Positions 46,087-55,473 of a stretch of 64,000 nt of DNA are shown here, one piece after another; the stretch's first letter is position 1; each line of letters starts with the position of its first letter. Source of the stretch: Dehalococcoidia bacterium (lineage in GTDB: Bacteria > Chloroflexota > Dehalococcoidia > DSTF01 > JALHUB01). The notes below the pieces were generated by a model, which searched no databases, was not told the DNA's origin, and saw only the letters and a list, made by a program, of their open reading frames with translations. Both the position numbers and the translations under genes were made by a program. Location of the stretch: assembly GCA_034420175.1 (NCBI GenBank), contig DAOULP010000114.1, positions 4,014-68,013 of the forward strand, written 5' to 3'.

Positions 46087-47013
46087 CTACACCCCAATAG
46101 CCTCCGCTACCTTCCCCCAGCTCCGATCCTCCTGCCCCTCCAGCCGCCGGAGGTACACCGTCGTCACGGCCAGCGAGCTGTGGTCCAGGAACCGGCTCAC
46201 GTCCTCCACCGTCTCTCCCACGTCCCGCCTGAGCTTGGCCGCGGCGTGCCGCAGGATGTGGACACCAGCGGGGGGCAGTCCCGCCTTCCTGAGATACCGC
46301 CTGAGGTTGCCGTAGAAGGTGCCGCTGGTGACGCCCCGTCCGTTGCGGGTGCTAGAGGGCCACAGTGACTCGTCCGGGCTCACTGTCGCCAGGTCCTTGC
46401 CGAAGGCTGCCAGCGCCACCTGGATGGCCTCGAAGGCCGGGCGAGGCAGCTCCCGCTTGCCCTGCTTGCCGCCCTTGCCCCGATAGGTGTAGAACAGCCC
46501 GCCAGCCTGGGAGATGTCGCCTGCCGTCAGGTTCAGGACCTCGGAGCGGCGCCGGCCGGTCAGGGTGAGGGTGAGGATGATGGCCCGGTCCCGCAGGCCA
46601 GTCGCCGTGTCAGGGATCACGTCCAGCAGTCGTCGAATCTCCTCGGCGCTGAGTCCTCGGGGCGGGCTGAGGGAGGTCTTGGGGCGCTCGATCGCATCGC
46701 AGGGGTTGGACGCGACGATCTCCATCCGGATCAGGAAGCGGTAGAAGGAGGAGAGGCAGGCCAGCCGGGCCCCGATGGTGACGGGCGAGGGCTCCTTGCC
46801 TGACAGCCCCTTGCCGTAGGCCCAGGCGAAGACCTCCTGGCTCGTGACCTGATGGGGCGGCTTGCCCAGGGTGCCGAAGAAGTGCTGGAGCATTCTGGAG
46901 TAGCCCTCGACGGTGCGGCGGGAGCCTGAGCGGCGCTCCTTCTCGGCGAGGAAGGCGTAGAGGGTACGTTCCCAGCCGGCGGCGTCCTGGAAGGGTGCGA
47001 TGGTGGTAGCCAT
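46087..47013 (-). CDS. Tyrosine site-specific recombinase/integrase (copy 2, intact)
   Basis: MATTIAPFQDAAGWERTLYAFLAEKERRSGSRRTVEGYSRMLQHFF...HILRHAAAKLRRD...HSSLAVTTVYL. ~90% identical in nucleotides to 2366..3254. GAGGAG RBS. Confidence 0.9.
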   Translation of the reverse strand: MATTIAPFQDAAGWERTLYAFLAEKERRSGSRRTVEGYSRMLQHFFGTLGKPPHQVTSQEVFAWAYGKGLSGKEPSPVTIGARLACLSSFYRFLIRMEIVASNPCDAIERPKTSLSPPRGLSAEEIRRLLDVIPDTATGLRDRAIILTLTLTGRRRSEVLNLTAGDISQAGGLFYTYRGKGGKQGKRELPRPAFEAIQVALAAFGKDLATVSPDESLWPSSTRNGRGVTSGTFYGNLRRYLRKAGLPPAGVHILRHAAAKLRRDVGETVEDVSRFLDHSSLAVTTVYLRRLEGQEDRSWGKVAEAIGV

Positions 47014-47057
47014 GGTCGGTCTCCTCGCGCTAGAATCGTCATGACCATATTGCGATT

Positions 47058-47870
47058 GTGTGCGAGGAAGTCAAGCAAGGCAGTCAACCCCGGGTGAGCC
47101 GCTTCGCCGACCTTCTAGCAGAGTCCTTCCCTTCGATCGCCGCGAGTCCCGTGGATAGCTCGTGCCTGCTCTCGAAGCACTACCATCACGACCGGCCAGA
47201 GCTCGATCCCATATCCGAGGCCGTGGAGATCGTGGACACGTTCGGCCAGCGTGGAGCTCTGGTACGACGGCTCAGACTCCAACACCCGTCAGGAGATGTG
47301 CACAAAGAGCAGTTCGACTTGCGGGCCCTGGACGTGATGACGGAAGCCTGCGCGTTCGCTTGGGCCGCGACGGTGGCGCTGCTCGGGACGCCTTCGTTTG
47401 TTGACCAGGATGGCGCTCCGGACCTGCTCTGCGACTCTGGCTGGTGGGTCGAGGCCAAGGGAATCCATGAGTCGCGTGAGGAAAGTGAGCTGCGGCGTCG
47501 GATGCTCGCGACAGGTGAGATCACCGGGGGCCCGGTGCAGGGTCCGGGCCCCGGCCTCGTGGCCAAGTTCCGGTCGGCCTTTGGGGACGCCTACCGCAAG
47601 TTCCAACGTCAGGGGAATGGGCTCCTGGCCGTGTTCTTCAACCTGACATCGCTTGACATTGCCCAGTGGGCGATGAAGGACGACGTCTTGGCCGATCTCG
47701 TTCGGAGCATAGATTCCATGACCCGGGCGGTGCCAAGTACCGCCGTCACATTGTGCTACGCCTACGATTGGAGGCGATCCTGGTGGCGACCCGACATTGA
47801 ATCGCCGACGGGGGCCCTGCCCTCACAGGCCAAACACGAGGTGGACGATGAGAACTCCCCTGCTCTCTGA
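47058..47870 (+). CDS. Hypothetical protein (~260-270 aa), divergent from integrase 2
   Basis: GTG start within the conserved integrase-upstream region (an alternative GTG lies ~47091). Protein-like throughout. No motif recognised. Confidence 0.5.
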   Translation: MCEEVKQGSQPRVSRFADLLAESFPSIAASPVDSSCLLSKHYHHDRPELDPISEAVEIVDTFGQRGALVRRLRLQHPSGDVHKEQFDLRALDVMTEACAFAWAATVALLGTPSFVDQDGAPDLLCDSGWWVEAKGIHESREESELRRRMLATGEITGGPVQGPGPGLVAKFRSAFGDAYRKFQRQGNGLLAVFFNLTSLDIAQWAMKDDVLADLVRSIDSMTRAVPSTAVTLCYAYDWRRSWWRPDIESPTGALPSQAKHEVDDENSPAL

Positions 47871-48633
47871 TTGGATATGGGTAAGGCCCGGGCTGGTTCT
47901 CGCTGCCGCCGTGCTCGGGTACGGTGCATGGGCTGGCGTTTCGAGAGACCCTTGGTTCGACAATGGGGAGCAATTCCTGGCAGCTTTCGCGATCGCCTTG
48001 GCTGTCCTGGCTGTCTGTCCAGTCATACTGGCGTGGGGGAGCTCGCCTACTCCTCTGATAGAAGCAGCCACAACTCTCCCAAGACCCATTCGGGTTCAGG
48101 AACTCGCGGTGCATCATCTGGCGGTGTGGAACTATGAGGTTCGGCCTGCCATTCGTCCGCTGGTGCTGCGTGTGGCGCCGGAAGGGTGCCAGATTAGGGT
48201 CCGATACACAAACGTCGAGACGCAAGGGCAGATGTTGGGGGCCGAGTGGCTATTGGCCCGCTGGAATGACAACCAGGAACCGGTGACGGAGGTCGGTGGC
48301 CACCTAAGTCTGCCCTCGATGATACGCAATCGCCGACTGCAGCCCAAGCTGTTCCCGAGTGAACCGAAGGGGCATCGCAATGCGTATCCGTTCACAGTTG
48401 CGTTTGCCATCAAGCGTCGCGGCGATGAATGCTTCTATCACTTCTGCGACGAGTCCTACCAGTGGGGGGGCGATGAGGGCTTGTGGCTCAACCCTGACTG
48501 GAGACTGCCCAAAGGGACCTACCGGGTGGACGTCGAACTCACGGGATATGGTCTGGTTCATCCATCAGCCGCCGCCTTCCGCCTCCGCAATGAAGGCCCG
48601 CGGCATGAGGACTTTGTTCTCGAACCTTGGTGA
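47848..48633 (+). CDS. Membrane-anchored hypothetical protein (two N-terminal TM helices plus a soluble domain)
   Basis: ATG (MRTPLLSDWIWVRPGLVLAAAVLGYGAW...FLAAFAIALAVLAVCPVILAW) overlaps the upstream gene's end by ~20 nt. The C-terminal ~200 aa are of unknown function. Confidence 0.5.
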   Translation: MRTPLLSDWIWVRPGLVLAAAVLGYGAWAGVSRDPWFDNGEQFLAAFAIALAVLAVCPVILAWGSSPTPLIEAATTLPRPIRVQELAVHHLAVWNYEVRPAIRPLVLRVAPEGCQIRVRYTNVETQGQMLGAEWLLARWNDNQEPVTEVGGHLSLPSMIRNRRLQPKLFPSEPKGHRNAYPFTVAFAIKRRGDECFYHFCDESYQWGGDEGLWLNPDWRLPKGTYRVDVELTGYGLVHPSAAAFRLRNEGPRHEDFVLEPW

Positions 48634-48816
48634 GGGTGAGCAGAGCTCCGAGGGGAAGGGACATCGGACCACGCACGATGACCTGATCGTGGGTGCCCAG
48701 CCCCGCCTCAGGGCGCGCACGAGCCCCAATGACGGCATGCCGCGGGTGTCCGAGTCGCCTTGCCATCAGACTGGCGCGGACGCATAATTGCGTCGCTCGG
48801 GGGACGTGTACATGTC

Positions 48817-51800
48817 ATGTGCGCCATCGAACGACGGCTAGAGGAGTGGAAGCGGCGCCTTCTTGACTTGTCTGGGCGCAACCCGTTGCTGTACTTCGGG
48901 CGAACCCGAAGAACAGCGGTCCAGATCACCTCGCCGTCAGTCGTCGACCTCTGCAACGGACTCTGGGATGGGAGGCGACTTCGTTTCCCTGAGCCGCATC
49001 AGGGTACACTCCTCGATCTGCTTGCCTCCGAGGAGGAAGAGGATGGCTCCAGGCGGGCTCAGTCTCGGCCTGGCGACGTTGAGACGCCGCTGGATGTGGA
49101 TGACCTCCAGCGCAAGTTGAGTCGCCTCCGGTCACAAGCGCGCAGCTCCATCGAAGAACAAGGGATAAACACCCTCTACCTGGCAGTGGGGATGTTAGAG
49201 TGGCGCGAGTCAGATTCCGCCGAAGAGCACGTGCGATCCCCTTTGGTCCTGATTCCCGTGGCGCTGAGGTACGAGCGCAACAGGCCGTTCCTGTTGGAGG
49301 CACTCGACGAGGACATTGCGAACAACGCGGCACTGGGGTATCGACTGGAACTCGACTACCACATGCAGCTGCCTGCCCTGCCTGACCCGGAGCAACTAAC
49401 GGGCGAGGCTGTGCGGGCTTATCTAGCCGACGTCGAACGCCTGGTAGTCGGGCGGGGCTGGCGGGTTCTGCGGGAATCCTGGATAAGCATCTTCTCCTTC
49501 GAAAGCCTGGTGCTCTATCGCGACATTGCGGACAACGCCGAACGGTACTCTGCGCACCCGGTTCTGCAGTGGCTTGCTGGAGATACGAAGCCGGACGATG
49601 GGGGTACGGTGGACCTGAGCGATACGGACTCCACGGTGGATCCGGGCGAGGTCTTCCCAGTGCTGGATGCGGACGACAGCGAGCTAGAGGTCCTTCTGAG
49701 AGCGAGATCGGGCCAGAACCTGGTGGTCCACGGGCCTCCGGGTACTGGCAAGAGTCAGACCATCGCCAATCTGATAGCTCAAAGCGTGCGGGACAGGAAG
49801 ACCGTCCTCTTCGTGAGCAGGAAGATGGCAGCCCTCGAGGTAGTATACGACCGGCTGCAACGGGCCGGCCTTGAAGATGTGTGTCTGGAGGTCCACAGCC
49901 ACCGGTCGAACAAGCGGGAGGTCATACGAAGGCTAAATGACTCTCTGGAGCGCGGGCCGTTTCGCGCTGCTTACGCTGCGGAGGAGTTCGCCCGGCTCAG
50001 CAGATTGAGAGAGAGGCTCAATGCCTACGCAAGGGCTCTGCGACAGCCAGCCGACGCCAGAGGACGTTTCCCCTACCAGATCTACGGGGTCTTGGCCAAG
50101 CTCTGGGATGCTCCAAGTGTGAAGGCCCCGGTTGCCTCCAGGGAAGCGGTTGAGCTCAATCCACAACGGGAGGATGAACTGACGTCGGCGATTCAGCAGC
50201 TCGCAGACTTGGCTCATGTCTTTGACGGTATGGACAGTCATCCCTGGCGGGGTGCCGCTGTTCGGAGGGTCGACCCGCAATCCCGACTACAGCTTGAGGA
50301 CTCACTGCGAGCTGCTTCGCGGACCTTGCCTGACATCGTCTCAGTCTGGGGCCCCTTGGCGGATCTGACAGGCCTGGCGGGGCCTTCCTGTGCGCTTCAG
50401 GTCCCGCGGGCTGCCGCGGTTGCGGAACACCTCACCTCGACGCCCCGCCTACCTGGGAGCCTCTCCACACTGGCCTCGGACGAGATCGCCACTCTGGCCC
50501 GCAGAGTGCGCCGCATTAGCAAACGCCGCACGCGGATGCTCGAGGCGCGGGAGCGGTACCGGGAGCACTTCTCTGATCAGGTCCTGGACCTCCCGGTCGC
50601 TGAAATCGAAGAGCGTTACCGGACGGCGTATCGGGCCATCATTCGCTTTCTGATGCCATCCTATCGGCGAGATGCCGCTCAATTGCGCTCCGTGTCAGCC
50701 ACGGGTGCGCCCATCCGCTTCGGCGCGGCCGCCGAGGGGCTTGCTGCATGCGTTGAGTACATAGGACACCGGGGGTGGCTGACTTCCCAGGCGGAGTCGC
50801 TCCGCGATGTTCTTGGGCTCCTGGTGGAGGATGGCGCCGATAGCGCCTGGCAGGACATCGAGGGTGCGCTCGATTGGATAAGTCAACTCCTGCGATTGCT
50901 CGAATCGGACGCCTTGCCCGAAGCACTTAGTCAAACGGCAGACCGAAGTGCGCCGGCCCTGCGGGATGCCTCGAGTGGCACACTTGAGGATCTGACGCGG
51001 GCGTGGTCCCAGCTTCAGCCGTGTGTCGAGTTCCTCACGGGAGTCTTCCCCGAGGGCTTTGACGGAACACAGATCGAGTCATTCCAGTTCCCTCACCTGC
51101 TGGTGCAAACCAGCAACTGGCTCTCCTCGCTGTCCACGCTGGACGAGTGGGCCAGCTTCCGTCGTGCTCTCGATAGCTGCGAGCATCTTGGTCTGTCTCC
51201 CTTCATTGAGGACGCAAGAGACCGGGATGTGCAAGGGAGTCAACTCCCCAACGCGTTCAAGAAGGCGCTTGCCGCCGCTTGGATTACCGACGTGCAAAGC
51301 CGAGTGCCCGTACTCGCCGACTTCAATCCAGCTGAGTACGATAGACTACGCCAGGAGTTCCAACACCTGGATAGGGGGCTCCGGCGAGCGGCTGTCCATG
51401 CCACGTTGGCTAGTGCCACGGCTCAGCGACCGGAGACTGCCGCTGGTGTGGTAGCTGCCTCAGAAATAGGGATCCTCCGTCGGCAAGGCCAGTTACAGCG
51501 GCGCCACCTCCCGCTCCGGAGGCTCTTCACCGCGACACCGACCCTACTGCCAGTCCTCAAGCCGTGTCTATTGATGAGCCCGCTTTCGGTGGCGAGCTAC
51601 CTCCCCCAAGGCGTGCTCCGATTCGACCTCGTCATCTTCGACGAGGCGTCGCAGATTCCTCCGGAGGAGGCAGTCGGTGCCATAGTGCGAGGCCGTCAGG
51701 TCGTGGTGGCAGGTGACGAGAAGCAACTGCCGCCAACAAGCTTCTTCAGGGCGATGGTGGAGGACGAGGCGTCGAGCGACGACGAGGAAGAAGACCTGAC

Positions 51801-53847
51801 ACCCCTGACTGACAGCATCTTGGAGGAGTGTGTACCGCTCTTTCCCGAAGCCTACCTGTGCTGGCACTACAGGAGTCGTCACGAGAGCCTCATTGCCTTT
51901 TCCAACCGGGAGTTCTACGACCAGCGGCTCATCACATTCCCATCCCCGGATCAGAATGCCAGTGACGGTGGGGTCAGCTTCGTTCATGTGGCTGAAGGCG
52001 TCTTCGACCGAGGTGCTTCCAAGACGAACCGTGCGGAGGCTCGTCGAGTGGCCGAGATGGTCATCGATCATCTCAGAAGATGGCCGACTCGTTCCCTTGG
52101 TGTCATCACGATGAGCCTCTCACAGCAGGAGGCAGTCGACCGTGAGCTCTTTCGCTTGCGGTCGGAGAATCCAGACCTCGAAGAGGCTTTTTCGGAGGAC
52201 CGCTTCGAGCACCTCTTCGTCAAGAACCTTGAGCGCGTTCAGGGTGACGAGCGGGATGCGATCATCATCAGCCTGGGCTATGGCCGGAGTCACGATGGCG
52301 TACTTCGCATGCAGTTCGGTCCCCTTAGCCGCCCTGGCGGTCAGCGACGGCTGAATGTGGGCGTCACCAGGGGCAAGCTTCAGACAGCCCTTGTGAGCTC
52401 ACTGTTGCCCCAGGATCTCGACCTGACTCGTCTAACGACTGGAAGCCGGGACGTCGCAGTTCTCCAGCGCTATATGGAGTATGCAGCCAACGGCGGGCGT
52501 TTCTCGCCGGAGCCTTCCGAGTCCGTAGGCGAGCCAGAGTCTGAATTTGAGGAAGCGGTTCTTGAGCGGCTCACAAGGGAGGGGTTGGCGGTAGATCCGC
52601 AGGTTGGCGCATCATCGTTTCGTATCGATATGGCGATCCGTCATCCGGACCGCCCCGCACGATATATCCTCGGTGTCGAGTGCGACGGCGCCGCCTTCCA
52701 CCGCACGAAGACGGCCAGAGAGCGCGACCGGCTGCGGCAAGAAGTGCTGGAAGGGCTCGGCTGGAGGATCTTCCGAATCTGGTCTCCCGACTGGCTGCGC
52801 GACCCGGACCGTGTGGCGAGCCAAGTGACAGAGCTTGTAGACGAGCTGCGCCACACTGACGATCCAGGCATGCCGGCGTCAAATCCCGGCGCAAAGGCCG
52901 CATCCTCAGAGGAGGAGGCGCCCCCAGCCGACGACGAACTCTCGGATTGGATGGCACGTACGGGAGACGACGCAAGACAGGTGGACGGCAGCGCGCACGA
53001 CAAGCCAGAGATCTTCCCTGAGTACCAGAAGCACGTCCCGCGTGCCCAGCAGCCGCGGGATACGTTCTACTGGGCACCGGTGAGGACAATCGAGGGTCTG
53101 GTTGTGGATGCGGTCGATGTCGAGGCGCCGGTACACCAATCTGTGGTCGCGCAGCGAGTCGCCGGTGCCTTCGGCATCAGCAGAGTCGGACGGAACGTCC
53201 GAAGCATCGTCAACCGGGCTATCCAAGCTGCCGTCAGGGATGAACGAGTACGCCTGCGAGAGGAATTCCTTTGGCGTCCCGCCGACGATGAAGTGACGCC
53301 GAGGCATCCGAAGCGCGGGGAGACTCCGCGGCGGATATCGGAGATCGCACGTGAAGAGGTTGCGGCGGCTATCGAGTGGGTGCTTCGTCAGCACATGGGG
53401 ATGCCGCGGGAAGAGGTGGTACGCCAGGTCGCTCGCGGGTTGGGCTACGATCGCGTTGGCCATCACGTGCAGCGGCACATCGATGGGACTGTGGCGTGGC
53501 TGCTTGAGGGACAGCGCCTTGTTCAACGCGGCCAGGTAATCTCCCTGCCAAGGAGAGCCATTGAGGCTCGTGAACCGGTGTCACTCAGTCCTCAGAAGCG
53601 TGCCAAACGGGTACCCCCTAGGGCCGAGACCACACCAAGGATGAACAGAAGCGATCCGTTGACCGAAGTGGTGCAACGTGTGCTGTCCATGAACCTCTCA
53701 TTAGTGGACCAGCGTTCTAAGGGAGGGGCGCTTTGGGTCATCGGAGGAGAATCCCTGCGCAACCTGCTTTCCCCCCATGGCTTCAAGTTCGCCCCGAACG
53801 GAAGTCGAGCGACCAAGCACCGGCCGGCTTGGTACAGAAGCAACTAG
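48817..53847 (+). CDS. Giant SF1 (Upf1-like) helicase with DUF4011-like N-terminus, Vsr/DUF559-like endonuclease domain and C-terminal extension (~1676 aa)
   Basis: Start at MCAIERRLEEWKRRLLDLSGRNPLLYF (the ORF-track TTG start at 48760 is also possible). Walker A LVVHGPPGTGKSQTIANLI. Motif II VIFDEASQ plus VVAGDEKQLPP. YRSRHESLI, then VQGDERDAIIISLGYGR...RRLNVGVTRGK is the AAA_12-like C-terminal RecA domain. Then ...RIDMAIRHPDRPARYILGVECDGAAFH...WRIFRIWSPDW is a Vsr/DUF559-like restriction-endonuclease fold. A DUF3320-like tail follows. DUF assignments are from memory. Confidence 0.85.
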   Translation: MCAIERRLEEWKRRLLDLSGRNPLLYFGRTRRTAVQITSPSVVDLCNGLWDGRRLRFPEPHQGTLLDLLASEEEEDGSRRAQSRPGDVETPLDVDDLQRKLSRLRSQARSSIEEQGINTLYLAVGMLEWRESDSAEEHVRSPLVLIPVALRYERNRPFLLEALDEDIANNAALGYRLELDYHMQLPALPDPEQLTGEAVRAYLADVERLVVGRGWRVLRESWISIFSFESLVLYRDIADNAERYSAHPVLQWLAGDTKPDDGGTVDLSDTDSTVDPGEVFPVLDADDSELEVLLRARSGQNLVVHGPPGTGKSQTIANLIAQSVRDRKTVLFVSRKMAALEVVYDRLQRAGLEDVCLEVHSHRSNKREVIRRLNDSLERGPFRAAYAAEEFARLSRLRERLNAYARALRQPADARGRFPYQIYGVLAKLWDAPSVKAPVASREAVELNPQREDELTSAIQQLADLAHVFDGMDSHPWRGAAVRRVDPQSRLQLEDSLRAASRTLPDIVSVWGPLADLTGLAGPSCALQVPRAAAVAEHLTSTPRLPGSLSTLASDEIATLARRVRRISKRRTRMLEARERYREHFSDQVLDLPVAEIEERYRTAYRAIIRFLMPSYRRDAAQLRSVSATGAPIRFGAAAEGLAACVEYIGHRGWLTSQAESLRDVLGLLVEDGADSAWQDIEGALDWISQLLRLLESDALPEALSQTADRSAPALRDASSGTLEDLTRAWSQLQPCVEFLTGVFPEGFDGTQIESFQFPHLLVQTSNWLSSLSTLDEWASFRRALDSCEHLGLSPFIEDARDRDVQGSQLPNAFKKALAAAWITDVQSRVPVLADFNPAEYDRLRQEFQHLDRGLRRAAVHATLASATAQRPETAAGVVAASEIGILRRQGQLQRRHLPLRRLFTATPTLLPVLKPCLLMSPLSVASYLPQGVLRFDLVIFDEASQIPPEEAVGAIVRGRQVVVAGDEKQLPPTSFFRAMVEDEASSDDEEEDLTPLTDSILEECVPLFPEAYLCWHYRSRHESLIAFSNREFYDQRLITFPSPDQNASDGGVSFVHVAEGVFDRGASKTNRAEARRVAEMVIDHLRRWPTRSLGVITMSLSQQEAVDRELFRLRSENPDLEEAFSEDRFEHLFVKNLERVQGDERDAIIISLGYGRSHDGVLRMQFGPLSRPGGQRRLNVGVTRGKLQTALVSSLLPQDLDLTRLTTGSRDVAVLQRYMEYAANGGRFSPEPSESVGEPESEFEEAVLERLTREGLAVDPQVGASSFRIDMAIRHPDRPARYILGVECDGAAFHRTKTARERDRLRQEVLEGLGWRIFRIWSPDWLRDPDRVASQVTELVDELRHTDDPGMPASNPGAKAASSEEEAPPADDELSDWMARTGDDARQVDGSAHDKPEIFPEYQKHVPRAQQPRDTFYWAPVRTIEGLVVDAVDVEAPVHQSVVAQRVAGAFGISRVGRNVRSIVNRAIQAAVRDERVRLREEFLWRPADDEVTPRHPKRGETPRRISEIAREEVAAAIEWVLRQHMGMPREEVVRQVARGLGYDRVGHHVQRHIDGTVAWLLEGQRLVQRGQVISLPRRAIEAREPVSLSPQKRAKRVPPRAETTPRMNRSDPLTEVVQRVLSMNLSLVDQRSKGGALWVIGGESLRNLLSPHGFKFAPNGSRATKHRPAWYRSN

Positions 53848-54201
53848 GTTGACCGACCCTGTGGTCCAGACTTCGGCAACACCTGCCTGATCATCCCACC
53901 ACCGTGCCAGACCAGGTCCGCTGTCGCGGTCCGCGTCGCGTCTCGTGTCCGCCCGCTTTGCTGGTCCATGGCGGCGGAGCGGGGCAGTCTGAGCACTCGC
54001 CGAAGTTGCCTGTCACCATCCCCACCCAATGTGCGTTCACATCGAAGGCGGTCGAGCCAGACGTGGCGGTGGCCCAGGCCAGGCGCCGCGTGCCCCTGCG
54101 TTCCGGTAGCGGATGTTGGGCGATCCCTAACCTTGACGAACTGCGGAGCCGCGGCAAGAATGGTTGCGTATCGATCCGCAGGCTGAAGCGCGAAAGACCG
54201 A

Positions 54202-55473
54202 GTGGCAGCCATGACCGCGTTCAGATTCGTCCATACCGGTGACCTGCACCTCGACAGCCCCTTCGTCGGGCTCCAGGACATCGACGAGCGAGTGGCGCGC
54301 GAGCTACGGGAGGCCACGTTTCAGACCTTTGACCGCATCGTTGCCCTCTGCCTTGAGGGCAACGCCGACTTCCTCCTAGTCGCGGGGGACATCTATGATG
54401 GCCGTGACCGAAGTCTGCGAGCCCAACTACGGTTTCGGGATGGCCTCAGGCGTCTGAGCGAGGCAGGAATCTCCAGCTTCATCGTTCATGGCAACCACGA
54501 TCCGCTGGACACCTGGGCCGCGACCCTGGAATGGCCGGACGGTGTCCATGTCTTTGATGGAGATTCGGTCACGGCCCAGCCGGTTGAACGCAACGGCGAG
54601 ACGATCTCGCACGTGTACGGCATCAGCTACGCCACACAGGAAGTCAGAGAGAATCTCGCCAAGAGGTTTCGGCGGACCGAGGATGGCCCCTTCGCCATTG
54701 GACTGCTTCACTGCAACGTTGGCGATGACACCGGCCACGAGCCGTACGCTCCATGCAACCTGCAAGACTTGACCCGAGCTGGCATGGACTACTGGGCTCT
54801 CGGGCACGTGCACAACCACCGCATCCTGTCCATCAGGGACCCGATGATCGTGTACCCCGGCAATCCGCAGGGGCGAAACCCGCGCGAGCTGGGAGCGCGA
54901 GGATGCTACGTCGTCGAAGTCGATGAGACGGGCCACCCGACCGCCCAGTTCGTCGCCGTGGACACGGTCTGCTGGCTATGGGAGTCCGTGCCGATCGGGG
55001 AGCTTGGCACGGACGAGGAGCTAGTTTCGGTGGTCGAACGGACCTGCCAGCGGATGCGGGAGGAAGCTGAGGGCCGCTCGGTCGTCGGTCGCCTAAGTCT
55101 TACCGGTCGGGGTCCCGCCTACACGTCTCTGGCACGGCCTGGATTTGTCACCGGACTCCTCGAATCGATACGAGAGACGGAAGGCGCCGATGATCCGTTC
55201 GTCTGGATTGAACGTCTGGAAGTGGACACCCGACCGCCTCTCGACCTGGAAGCTCGCCGCGCCGGTCAGGATTTCGTGGCCGATCTTCTGACCCTGACTG
55301 AGGGCTACCGCTGGGATCCAGAGCACCTCCAATCTCTTCGGCAGCACCTCGAGCCTTTGTTCCTTCGCCGCGGACAGCGATACCTAGAAGACCCAACTGA
55401 CGAAGAGCTTACCCGATGGCTGGACAGGGCCGAGGCGATGTGTGCCGATCTGCTTACGGACGAGGAAAGCTGA
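54202..55473 (+). CDS. SbcD/Mre11-family metallophosphoesterase (YhaO-like)
   Basis: Motifs FVHTGDLHLDSPF, LLVAGDIYDG, FIVHGNHDP, GHVHN. Its stop overlaps the next gene's ATG (ATGA). Confidence 0.85.
   Translation: MAAMTAFRFVHTGDLHLDSPFVGLQDIDERVARELREATFQTFDRIVALCLEGNADFLLVAGDIYDGRDRSLRAQLRFRDGLRRLSEAGISSFIVHGNHDPLDTWAATLEWPDGVHVFDGDSVTAQPVERNGETISHVYGISYATQEVRENLAKRFRRTEDGPFAIGLLHCNVGDDTGHEPYAPCNLQDLTRAGMDYWALGHVHNHRILSIRDPMIVYPGNPQGRNPRELGARGCYVVEVDETGHPTAQFVAVDTVCWLWESVPIGELGTDEELVSVVERTCQRMREEAEGRSVVGRLSLTGRGPAYTSLARPGFVTGLLESIRETEGADDPFVWIERLEVDTRPPLDLEARRAGQDFVADLLTLTEGYRWDPEHLQSLRQHLEPLFLRRGQRYLEDPTDEELTRWLDRAEAMCADLLTDEES

Larger units (their letters stand above)
42831..47013. mobile_element. 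Integrated element(s) at the tRNA-Arg(CCG) 3' end: serine recombinase, ImmR/ImmA switch, tyrosine integrase 2; the right boundary is undetermined
   Basis: A recombinase reading across the tRNA 3' end is typical of tRNA-targeted islands. Two different recombinases within 4 kb suggest tandem or nested elements. Confidence 0.45.
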
